Source of the DNA: Bauldia sp.
GTDB lineage: Bacteria; Pseudomonadota; Alphaproteobacteria; Rhizobiales; Kaistiaceae
Assembly (NCBI GenBank): GCA_028284325.1
Contig: JANQRX010000011.1
Location: 11,792-75,791 of the forward strand
Direction of reading: 5' to 3'
DNA: 64,000 nucleotides
Shown here in pieces: positions 29,401 to 37,096 of this stretch. The notes beneath the pieces were generated by a model that saw only the letters and a program-made list of their open reading frames with translations, was not told the DNA's origin and did not search any database. The translations under genes were made by a program, and so were the position numbers. Numbering within the stretch: the first letter of the stretch is position 1; every line of letters starts with the position of its first letter.

Positions 29401-29844
29401 GCGCTTGACCGCGCCGCGCAGCACACCGGCGATGCCCGGCTGGTCGTCGTCAAGCACCCGGCCCGTCAGCAGCAGAGCCCAGGTGGAGGCGTTGACCATG
29501 GCCGAGGCGGCCTGGCCGAGGTGCCGGCTCCACCCGCCGGGCGCGATCTTGTCCTCGATCAGCGCGTCGATGGTCACGTCGTCGGGGATCCGCAGCATCG
29601 CCTCGGCAAGACACATCAGCGCCAGACCCTCGCGCGTCGACAGGCCGTACTCGGCCAGGAAACTCTCCATCACGGAGGGCTTCGCCTCGGTGCGGATGCG
29701 GTTCACCAGGGCGACGGCCCGCGCCGACACGGCGCGGCGCACCGCCGCCGGGATCGCCGCGTCGGCAACGAGACGGTTCAGCACGTCGGTTTCAGGGGCG
29801 AATTTCGCGGCGAAGCCGAGATCGGCGAAAGCGGGAGCGGACAT
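26437..29844 (-). CDS. putA: bifunctional proline dehydrogenase / L-glutamate gamma-semialdehyde dehydrogenase PutA
   Basis: 1135 aa. N-terminal PRODH barrel region. ALDH motifs FTGSTETAK and ETGGINAMIVDST, with catalytic Cys in GQRCSALR. No RHH DNA-binding domain. Confidence 0.95.
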   Translation of the reverse strand: MSAPAFADLGFAAKFAPETDVLNRLVADAAIPAAVRRAVSARAVALVNRIRTEAKPSVMESFLAEYGLSTREGLALMCLAEAMLRIPDDVTIDALIEDKIAPGGWSRHLGQAASAMVNASTWALLLTGRVLDDDQPGIAGVLRGAVKRLGEPVIRAAVAGAMKELGRQFVLGESIEAAIKRGEAQEARGYTYSFDMLGEAARTRADAEHYAQAYASAIAAIGRHAAHDTTADNPGLSVKLSALHPRFEVAQERRVMAELLPVLHRLARDAKDAGIALHIDAEEQDRLVISLKLFEELLADPAFAGWDGLGMVVQAYGKRAGPAIDALHDMASRHDRRINIRLVKGAYWDTEMKLAQVAGMPDFPLFTSKAATDVAYICLASKLFGLGDRIFPQFATHNAHTVAAVLELAEGRPFEFQRLHGMGENLHDMVIKETGCRCRIYAPVGEHRDLLAYLVRRLLENGANSSFVHQIVDTNVRAEDIARDPFEALPAAEPPAGLKPPSAIVGAGRANSRGFDLSDEGVLAGIDAAREVVLPDARPLTVSPPTGATRAVIDPASGEPIAHVTEADADTVARALDDAAIWTAPAHERATVLRRAADLYEDSYGPILAVLAREAGKTIPDAVGELREAVDFLRYYAAEGETDTRPPRGLVSAISPWNFPLAIFTGQIAAALMAGNAVLAKPAEQTAIIATLAVDLLHRAGVPRSALQLLPGGGATVGTAITSDARVRGVVFTGSTETAKTIARAMAEHLAPGTPLIAETGGINAMIVDSTALPEQGTRDVIASAFQSAGQRCSALRCLYLQEDCAPQMIEMIRGAMDELTIGDPWHVATDIGPVIDGEARDDIMAYIASRGDAVIHKRDVPDRGFLVPPVLIRVDGIAEVEREVFGPVLHVATFRSQDIGAVVDEINARRFGLTFGLHTRINDRVQSVGEALRVGNIYVNRNQIGAVVGCQPFGGEGLSGTGPKAGGPLYLDRFFASEPGIGDVGAWSSDTSAPTVGQACDAAERHLDDRLMPGPTGELNLLRFCARPPVLCLGPGSVAAAAQADAIRAEGGEAVEVEGNLSPEALAACGGFSAALWWGDAARARAYAKALAARAGPIIPLVTTRPDRSHAVFERHLCVDTTAAGGNAALLAGQ

Positions 29845-29894
29845 GGCGTGAGCCGTCGGGGTGTTGGGACGTCCGCCAAGGATACTTGATCATT

Positions 29895-29913
29895 TTTGGT
29901 CGATGTGACCAAA
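29895..29913. promoter_or_regulatory. inverted repeat TTTGGTC-N5-GACCAAA in the putA/Lrp divergent intergenic region (candidate Lrp/PutR operator)
   Basis: Perfect 7-bp arms read directly from the sequence. TGGTCGA recurs at 29915-29921. Confidence 0.45.
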
Positions 29914-29944
29914 CTGGTCGAATCTTGAAGTTGAACCGTACAAA

Positions 29945-30427
29945 ATGAGCACCGAGAGCAGACCACACCACGACCTCGACCCCACCAACCGGCGCATCCT
30001 CGAAGAGCTTGTGGCCAATGCACGGATTCCCATGACCGAGCTCGCCAGGGCGGTCGGTCTGTCCAAAACGCCGGTCGCGGCGCGGATCAGGCACATGGAA
30101 GAGTCGGGCCTGATCACCGGCTATCGCGCGATCCTGTCGCCGCTGAAGCTCGGTCTCACCAACGTCACCTATGTCGAGGTGCGGGTTTCCGACACCCGGC
30201 AGAAGGCGCTCGAGACGTTCAACGCGGCGGTCAGGCTCATTCCCGAGGTGGAGGAATGCTACATGATCGCCGGCGGCTTCGATTATCAGATCAAGCTGCG
30301 GTCGCGCGACATGCCGCACTTCCGCCGGATCATGGCGGAGAAGATCTCGACCCTTCCGTACGTGACCTCGACGACGAGCTATGTCGCCATGGAGGCCGTG
30401 GTCGAGCAGAAATGGCTCAGCCTCTGA
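29945..30427 (+). CDS. putR: Lrp/AsnC family transcriptional regulator (PutR-like)
   Basis: 160 aa. HTH LDPTNRRILEELVANARIPMTELARAVGLSKTPVAARIRHMEESGLI plus a RAM/ACT-like C-terminal domain. Divergent from putA, as for PutR in other alphaproteobacteria. Confidence 0.85.
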   Translation: MSTESRPHHDLDPTNRRILEELVANARIPMTELARAVGLSKTPVAARIRHMEESGLITGYRAILSPLKLGLTNVTYVEVRVSDTRQKALETFNAAVRLIPEVEECYMIAGGFDYQIKLRSRDMPHFRRIMAEKISTLPYVTSTTSYVAMEAVVEQKWLSL

Positions 30428-30489
30428 CCGCCGCGGCGTATCCGGTGTCGCGGACGACCCGTCGAGCGCCGGCCATCGTGATCGGAGCT

Positions 30490-31512
30490 CTAAAAACTCG
30501 ACCGCTGGACCAGCGTGGAGTCGATCAGGACGTGCTCGGCGGTGCGCCGTCCCTCGATACGCGTCAGCAACGTCTGCGCGGCCACTTCACCCAGATGACG
30601 TCCATTCTGGTCGACGGTTGACAGGTCGATCAGCGGCATCGCGGCGATGGGAGAGTTGTCGTAACCGACGACGGCCAGATCGTCCGGCACACGCAACCCG
30701 GACGATCTGGCGACGTTGATGAGAGGCACCGCATGCAGATCGCTCCAGCAGAAGACGGCGCCGGGTCTGTCCGGGGCGGACAGAAGCTGTTCGAGACCGT
30801 CCATCGTGTCATCGTCGGGAACGTCCATGCGCAGGACCCGGGCGCGATCGGCCAGGCCGGCCGCCGACATGGCATCGAGATAACCGCGTTCACGCAGCAC
30901 GTAATCGTGGGCATCGGTTCCCTCCCTCTCCGGGAGGCTCAGCATCGCCACGTCTCCATGACCCCGGGCCAGCATCGCCTCGACGGCGCGGCGGGCGCCT
31001 GACCGGTCATCCGAATTCACCGTATCGAAGTTTCGCGCCCCGGGTTCGTGGTGGCTGATCAGGACCATGGGTACCTGCTGCGCAAAATGGTCGAGCAGGT
31101 CACCGGTCAAGCGTGGCGCGATGAGCAGAAGCCCGTCCATCCGCATGTCCATCATCGATTCGATGAGTGAACTCTCGATGTGAAGCGTTGCCTGACCGAC
31201 ACCGATCAGCGCCTGATAGCTGGCCGGTCCGAGGGTGGCCTGCACACCGGCGACGACGCCCGGCAGGAACGGGTTCGAGATTTCGACCAGCAGGATGCCG
31301 ATCGTGTAGGTCCGGCCCCGCATGGCACGCGCAGCCGTGCTCGGCCGGTAACCCAGCCTGTCGATGGACTCCAGGACATTGGTGCGCAGGGCCGTGCTCA
31401 CCCCGTAGGCGTTGCGCAGCACCTTTGAAACAGCCGCAACCGAGACACCGGCGTCCTCGGCCACTGTCCGGATCGTCACCTTGTTCTTTCGACCGGGCCG
31501 TTCGCCGACCAT
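30490..31512 (-). CDS. LacI family transcriptional regulator
   Basis: ATG at 31512. HTH VTIRTVAEDAGVSVAAVSKVLRN plus a periplasmic-binding-protein-like effector domain. Confidence 0.88.
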   Translation of the reverse strand: MVGERPGRKNKVTIRTVAEDAGVSVAAVSKVLRNAYGVSTALRTNVLESIDRLGYRPSTAARAMRGRTYTIGILLVEISNPFLPGVVAGVQATLGPASYQALIGVGQATLHIESSLIESMMDMRMDGLLLIAPRLTGDLLDHFAQQVPMVLISHHEPGARNFDTVNSDDRSGARRAVEAMLARGHGDVAMLSLPEREGTDAHDYVLRERGYLDAMSAAGLADRARVLRMDVPDDDTMDGLEQLLSAPDRPGAVFCWSDLHAVPLINVARSSGLRVPDDLAVVGYDNSPIAAMPLIDLSTVDQNGRHLGEVAAQTLLTRIEGRRTAEHVLIDSTLVQRSSF

Positions 31513-31580
31513 GGATTCGCAGTCTCCCGCCGCCTGTCCTGGCAACCTAATCAGAACCCCCTTGCGTCGCAAAGAAAAAT

Positions 31581-31608
31581 GTAGAATGTTCTACGTAGAA
31601 CGGTCTAC
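31581..31608. promoter_or_regulatory. two adjacent palindromes GTAGAAtgTTCTAC and GTAGAAcggTCTAC (candidate LacI operators)
   Basis: Read directly from the sequence. They lie between the LacI start (31512, minus) and the GH78 start (31630, plus). Confidence 0.55.
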
Positions 31609-31629
31609 ACTCTTGTCGACCCGGATTCT

Positions 31630-33984
31630 GTGGAGCGAAAGCGGTTGAACGTCGGGAGTCGCAGTGTTGCCGCAGCCGAAGCCGCCAGGGCCGGTCGGGT
31701 GTGGTCGGCGAGGATGGTGGCGCCGGCCTGCGACCCCGGACAGGGCGGACGGGCAAGCTTCGTTTCGCGCCGGTTCGATCTCGATACCGCCGACTCTTCG
31801 CCGATCCTGCACATCTCGGCGCAGGGCCTGTACCGGACTTTCGTCAACGGGCAGCGGATCGGCAACGACCTGCTGACGCCGGGCTGGACCTGCTACGACA
31901 ACCGCCTCGCCTATCAGAGCTACGATCTCTCCGGCCACGCCGTCGCTGGCGAGAACGCAATCGTTATCTGGCTGGCGGACGGCTGGTTCCGGTCTCCGAT
32001 CATGTGGCGGTCCAGCGAGATCACCAACTGCTGGGGCAAGCGCGTCGGTACGATCGCGGAGGTCGAACTCGACGGCAACGTCGTCCTGACGACCGACACC
32101 GACTGGCGGAGCGGACTGCTCCCGGTGACCCGGTCCGGAATCTACTACGGCGAGGACTATGACGCCCGGCTGGAGACACTCAAGGAGTCTCACGGCGTCG
32201 ACGCCATCGACTTCGACATTTCAAGGCTCGTGCCACACGAGATTGCGCCGGTGCGGGAACTTGCGCCGATCCCTCCGAGGCGGAGCTGGTCCGACGCCGA
32301 GGGGCGCATGATCCTCGATTTCGGCCAGAACGTAGCCGGCTATGTGCGGTACCGGGTGCGCGGTGAAGCAGGATCGACCGTTCAGGTGGAGCATTCGGAG
32401 GTCCTGGATCCGGACGGCGCCCTCGACAACCGCAATTATCGCGGCGCGCGCGGTGCGACCCGCTACACGCTGAAAGGTGACGGCGAGGAGAGCTACGCGC
32501 CAAGCTTCACCTGGATGGGCTACCGTTACGCGCGCATCTCCGTCGAGGGACAGGCCGAGGTCGACGCCATAACGTCGGTGCCGATCTCGTCGGTGCCCGA
32601 GGCGGCCGGCGGTTTCGTCTGCGCCGTGCCGGCCGTGAACACGCTGGTCGACAACACGATCTGGTCGCAGCGCGCCAATTTCATCGAGGTGCCGACCGAC
32701 TGCCCGCAGCGCGACGAGCGGCTGGGCTGGACCGGTGACGTCCAGGTCTTCGCCGGCACCGCATGCTGGCTCGCCGACTGCGAGCGATTCTTACGGAAGT
32801 TCCTCCGCGACGTCAGGCACGATCAGCGCGACAACGGCGCCATATCGCATGTCTCTCCGGACCCGACGCGCCTTCACCCGCAACGGTTCGACGGCGACTG
32901 GGCCGGCTCCACGGGATGGGGCGACGTCATCACCATCCTGCCCTGGCAGCTCTATCTGCACTACGGCCGGACCGAGGTGCTGCACGAAAGCCTCCCGGCG
33001 ATGGTTCGCTGGATCGACTACCTTTGGTCGGTCTCCGACGGCCCGATCATCCGGCCAAGCCCAACCTGGGGCAAACGCGGCTTCACATTCGGCGACTGGC
33101 TTCAGCCTCGCGGTAACAACCACAAGCCGCAACCGACGATCGCCGACGACTGCGTGGCGACCCTCTACCATTTCATCTCGACCGACCTCGTCGCCCGGAT
33201 CGCCGGCATCGTCGGCGATCATGCGACCGCTCAACGGGCGGGCGAGCGTGCCGACGCGATCCGACAGGCCTTCGAGCACGAGTACTTCAGCGCATCAGGA
33301 CGCCTCGCCCACAACGATCAGACATCCTACGCGCTCGCCTTCCTCCACGACCTCGTACCGGCGCGACACGTCGGCGCCGCCAAGGACTATTTCCGCCGTG
33401 TGATCGAAGACGCCGATTACTGCATCGGCACCGGTTTCGTCGGTACGCCGGCGCTGCTTCCGGCGCTCACCAAATGCGGCATGGCCGACATCGCCGAGAA
33501 GATGCTCCTCAACCGCAGGATGCCCGGCTGGCTGTACCAGGTGGACCGAGGCGCGACGACCGTCTGGGAGCGTTGGGACGCGATCCGCCCGGACGGCACG
33601 CTCCAGGACCCGGTCATGAACAGCTTCAACCACTACGCCTATGGAGCTGTGTGCCAGTGGCTGTTCGAGGATGTCGCCGGCGTGAAGCCCACGGAAGACG
33701 GTCCCGGTTTCGATTCCGTGCGGATCCGTCCGACCGTCCTGCCGAAGCTCGGGCACGTCGCCATGTGGCACGACTGCCGCCATGGCCGCATCGAGGCCGG
33801 TTGGCGCATCGAGGGCAATCGCGTCGCCTACAGCCTGACGCTGCCTCCTGGTGCGGCGGGCGTCATTCCATCCGGAGCGTTCTCGGGGCTCACCTTGCAC
33901 GGCCAGCCGCTGGAGATCCCGCGCGTGGGACTGAAGCTCGCCGCCGGAGCACATGTGATCGGCTTCGACCTGGAGCAACCCTGA
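31630..33984 (+). CDS. alpha-L-rhamnosidase (glycoside hydrolase family 78)
   Basis: Hallmark DCPQRDERLGWTGD plus flanking GH78 N-terminal and six-hairpin regions. Start is GTG 31630 or ATG 31714. Confidence 0.85.
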   Translation: MERKRLNVGSRSVAAAEAARAGRVWSARMVAPACDPGQGGRASFVSRRFDLDTADSSPILHISAQGLYRTFVNGQRIGNDLLTPGWTCYDNRLAYQSYDLSGHAVAGENAIVIWLADGWFRSPIMWRSSEITNCWGKRVGTIAEVELDGNVVLTTDTDWRSGLLPVTRSGIYYGEDYDARLETLKESHGVDAIDFDISRLVPHEIAPVRELAPIPPRRSWSDAEGRMILDFGQNVAGYVRYRVRGEAGSTVQVEHSEVLDPDGALDNRNYRGARGATRYTLKGDGEESYAPSFTWMGYRYARISVEGQAEVDAITSVPISSVPEAAGGFVCAVPAVNTLVDNTIWSQRANFIEVPTDCPQRDERLGWTGDVQVFAGTACWLADCERFLRKFLRDVRHDQRDNGAISHVSPDPTRLHPQRFDGDWAGSTGWGDVITILPWQLYLHYGRTEVLHESLPAMVRWIDYLWSVSDGPIIRPSPTWGKRGFTFGDWLQPRGNNHKPQPTIADDCVATLYHFISTDLVARIAGIVGDHATAQRAGERADAIRQAFEHEYFSASGRLAHNDQTSYALAFLHDLVPARHVGAAKDYFRRVIEDADYCIGTGFVGTPALLPALTKCGMADIAEKMLLNRRMPGWLYQVDRGATTVWERWDAIRPDGTLQDPVMNSFNHYAYGAVCQWLFEDVAGVKPTEDGPGFDSVRIRPTVLPKLGHVAMWHDCRHGRIEAGWRIEGNRVAYSLTLPPGAAGVIPSGAFSGLTLHGQPLEIPRVGLKLAAGAHVIGFDLEQP

Positions 33985-34017
33985 CATTTGTCTGACCCCG
34001 GATGATCCGGGGGCAAC

Positions 34018-35313
34018 ATGAGGAGGAGAAGGATGACATCAAAACCGATCAGTACGATCATGCTGACTGCGGCGCTTTCGCTCGCCGGTGGCAGTCTCGC
34101 GGCTGAGGAGCTCACCCTGCTTGTCGGCAGCAATCCCGATTCCATCGCCATCGCCGAGGCGCTGACCGCTGCCTACAGCGAAAGAAACCCGGACGTCACA
34201 TTCGAGATCGAGACCCGACCGGGCGGCAGCGAGGGCGACAACATCGTCAAGACGCGCCTCGCCACGGGGGAGATGACCGATATCTTCCTGTACAATTCCG
34301 GGTCGCTCCTGCAGGCCCTGCGGCCGGCGCGCACGCTCGTGCCCCTGGACAATATCCCGAACCGCCGGAACATCCTCGACAGCTTCATGCGGACGGTGTC
34401 GGACGATGCGGGCAGCATCTACGGCGTGCCCGTGGAGACCGCGATGGCAGGAGGCATCCTCTATCACGTGCCGACCTACCGGCAGCTCGGTCTGGAGGTC
34501 CCGCAGACCTGGGCCGCATTCATGGCGAACAACGCCCGCATCGCCGAACTGACCGACAAGGCGCCCGTCATACAGACCTACCGGGATACGTGGACGTCCC
34601 AGCTCTTCGTGCTGTCCGACTACTTCAACGTTCAGGCCGAGGAGCCGGATTTCGACACGCGCTACACCAACAACGAGGCGAAGTACGCGTCGACGCCGGC
34701 CGCGTTGAAGGGCTTCGAACGGCTGCAGCAAGCCTTCGAAGCCGGCTACTTCAACGCCGATTTCGGCGCCGCCGACTACAATGACGGCCTGCGCATGGTG
34801 GCCACGGGCGAAGGCGTGCACTACCCGATGCTGACCTTCGCCGTTGCCGGAATCCAGCAGAACCACCCCGACGAGCTCGACGACGTGGGCTTCTTCGCGC
34901 AACCCGGCGACAGTACGGACGTCAACGGGCTGACCGTGTGGATGCCCTCCGCCTACTATGTCGCAAAGGGGGGAGATCACGTGGACACCGCCAAGGACTT
35001 CGTCAACTTCGTCGCCACGGTCGAAGCCTGCGAGATCATGACCGAAGCCGTCGGCGCAACCGGCCCCTATCTGATCAAGGGTTGCACGCTGCCGCAGAGC
35101 GTGCCCGCCGCGGTTGCCGACATGATGCCCTACTTCGCCGAGGAAGGTCGTACCGCCCCGGCGCTCGAATTCCTCTCGCCCATCAAGGGACCTGCCCTGG
35201 AGCAGATCACGGTCGAGGTCGGCTCGGGCATCCGTGGCGCGGGCAGCGGCGCGGAACTGTACGATCGCGATGTGGAGAAGCAGGCTCGCCAACTCGGCCT
35301 GCCGAATTGGTAA
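34018..35313 (+). CDS. carbohydrate ABC transporter substrate-binding protein
   Basis: 431 aa. Signal peptide ...MLTAALSLAGGSLAAEE. Followed by two CUT1 permease genes. Confidence 0.88.
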   Translation: MRRRRMTSKPISTIMLTAALSLAGGSLAAEELTLLVGSNPDSIAIAEALTAAYSERNPDVTFEIETRPGGSEGDNIVKTRLATGEMTDIFLYNSGSLLQALRPARTLVPLDNIPNRRNILDSFMRTVSDDAGSIYGVPVETAMAGGILYHVPTYRQLGLEVPQTWAAFMANNARIAELTDKAPVIQTYRDTWTSQLFVLSDYFNVQAEEPDFDTRYTNNEAKYASTPAALKGFERLQQAFEAGYFNADFGAADYNDGLRMVATGEGVHYPMLTFAVAGIQQNHPDELDDVGFFAQPGDSTDVNGLTVWMPSAYYVAKGGDHVDTAKDFVNFVATVEACEIMTEAVGATGPYLIKGCTLPQSVPAAVADMMPYFAEEGRTAPALEFLSPIKGPALEQITVEVGSGIRGAGSGAELYDRDVEKQARQLGLPNW

Positions 35314-35335
35314 CCTCCGGCCGGAAAGCGACGTC

Positions 35336-35362
35336 CCGGCCCCCTCGCCATGAGGGGGCCGG
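35336..35362 (+). other. intercistronic stem-loop after the SBP gene
   Basis: CCGGCCCCCTC (35336-35346) pairs with GAGGGGGCCGG (35352-35362), giving an 11-bp stem with a 5-nt loop. Confidence 0.5.
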
Positions 35363-35380
35363 CGACGGCTGACATCACCG

Positions 35381-36241
35381 ATGCGCCGCCAATCCCCCTA
35401 TCCCTACTGGTTCGTCCTGCCGGCGGCAGTGGTCTTCGTCGTTCTGTTCCTCGTGCCCACCGGCGCGTCGTTCTGGTTCAGCCTGACCAACTGGGACCTG
35501 TTCGAGGCCCGTTTCATCGGGCTTGAAAACTATCGTCAGTTTCTGTCCGAGCCGTTCCTTCTACGGGGCCTGACGAACACGATCATCTTCGCCCTCGTCA
35601 CCTCCGGCGCCAAGACCGTCCTGGGGCTCCTGCTCGCGGTGCTGCTGACTTCGGGCATCTTTGCGCAGGGTTTCCTGCGGTCGGTCGTCTTCTTCCCGGT
35701 CCTTGTCTCGACGATCGGCATCGGCCTGCTCTTCGCCGAGATGATGCATCCCACCCAGGGCGTCATCAACGTGGCGCTGGGCGCCGTGGGGGTCGGCGGT
35801 CCGGGATGGCTGACCAATCCCGCGTTGGCGCTCTACTCGGTGGCGCTGGTGGACATCTGGCGTGGCGTCGGGCTGGCCACGCTCATCTACATCGCCGGCC
35901 TCGCCTCGATCAGCCCCGAATACTATGAGGCCGCCAAGATCGACGGCGCCACGCCGTTCCAACAATTCCGGCACGTCACCATTCCGCTCGTGTGGCCGGC
36001 GACGACCACCGTCATGATCCTCTCGCTCATCGGTGGCCTCCGCCTCTTCGACCTGATCTGGGCAATGACGCGCGGCGGCCCGGGTTTTTCGTCCGACGTC
36101 CTCGCGAGCGTCATCTACAAGCAGTACCAGGCTGGCTTCTACGGCCTGTCGACGGCAGGCAACGTCATCCTCTTCCTGCTGATAGCGACCATCGTCGCAC
36201 CGTTGGCTTACTGGCTCAACCGAAGGGCACTGGACCTGTGA
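35381..36241 (+). CDS. carbohydrate ABC transporter permease (CUT1)
   Basis: EAA loop YYEAAKIDGATPFQQFRHVTIPLVWP. Confidence 0.9.
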   Translation: MRRQSPYPYWFVLPAAVVFVVLFLVPTGASFWFSLTNWDLFEARFIGLENYRQFLSEPFLLRGLTNTIIFALVTSGAKTVLGLLLAVLLTSGIFAQGFLRSVVFFPVLVSTIGIGLLFAEMMHPTQGVINVALGAVGVGGPGWLTNPALALYSVALVDIWRGVGLATLIYIAGLASISPEYYEAAKIDGATPFQQFRHVTIPLVWPATTTVMILSLIGGLRLFDLIWAMTRGGPGFSSDVLASVIYKQYQAGFYGLSTAGNVILFLLIATIVAPLAYWLNRRALDL

Positions 36242-37062
36242 CCCGGCGGCAACTCGTGGTCGGCCTGGCTTCGTTCGCGGTGGCCTTCGTCGTGTTCGTC
36301 ACGCCGTTCATCTTCGTCGCGCTCAATGCGGCGAAGACCGCGGCCGGCGCAGCGACGCTTGATTTCTCGCTGCCGAAGGAGTGGCAGTTGTGGACGAATC
36401 TGGTCGAGGTCGTGCAGGCGCGCGACTACATGCTGCTGCTCGCCTACTTCAACTCCATCGTCATCACGGTGGCCGCCATCACGCTGCTGGTCATCTTCGG
36501 CGCGATGGTGGGTTACGTGCTGCAGCGGCGGCGATCCCGCTGGAATTCGGTGATCTACGGGTTCGTGCTGGCGGGTCTGATGATCCCGCCCGCCGTGGTG
36601 CCGACGATCTGGGTGCTCCAGGAGCTCGGCCTGTTCAAGACGTTGCACGGCATGGTCCTGATCCAGGTGGCCTACGGGCTCGGGTTCACCGTGCTCCTCT
36701 ACCGCGCCTTCATCTCCACGATCCCGCGCGATCTGGACGAGGCTGCCATCATCGACGGCGCAAAGCCGTTCCAGGTGTTCATCCGGATCATCCTGCCGCT
36801 CCTCAAGCCGGTGACCGTGACCCTCATCGTCGTCCAGTCGATCACGATCTTCAACGACTTCACACATCCGCTGTACTATCTGCCGGGCCGGGCCAACGTC
36901 ACCGTCCAGCTGACGCTCTACAATTTCCAGAGTCAGTTCGTCAGCCAGATCAACCTGCTGTTCATGAACATCCTGCTCGTGACCATTCCCCCGCTGCTCG
37001 TCTTCATCTTCTTCAATCGCCAGATCGTTGCCGGCATGACATCGGGTGCGATCAAGGGATAA
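36238..37062 (+). CDS. carbohydrate ABC transporter permease (CUT1)
   Basis: GTG at 36238 (GTGA overlap with the upstream stop) within ORF 35992..37062. EAA loop LDEAAIIDGAKPFQVFIRIILPLLKP. Confidence 0.88.
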   Translation: MTRRQLVVGLASFAVAFVVFVTPFIFVALNAAKTAAGAATLDFSLPKEWQLWTNLVEVVQARDYMLLLAYFNSIVITVAAITLLVIFGAMVGYVLQRRRSRWNSVIYGFVLAGLMIPPAVVPTIWVLQELGLFKTLHGMVLIQVAYGLGFTVLLYRAFISTIPRDLDEAAIIDGAKPFQVFIRIILPLLKPVTVTLIVVQSITIFNDFTHPLYYLPGRANVTVQLTLYNFQSQFVSQINLLFMNILLVTIPPLLVFIFFNRQIVAGMTSGAIKG

Positions 37063-37096
37063 CCGGCAGCGTTGTGCCGGCCGGCCAACGTGTTGA

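Noticed and set aside
26405-29889. Several 300-480-aa ORFs antisense to, or out of frame with, putA (for example 26405..27469, 27088..28218, 28438..29889)
   Set aside because: They are Arg/Gly/Asp/His-rich with no recognisable motifs. putA occupies the whole interval with clear PRODH and ALDH motifs.
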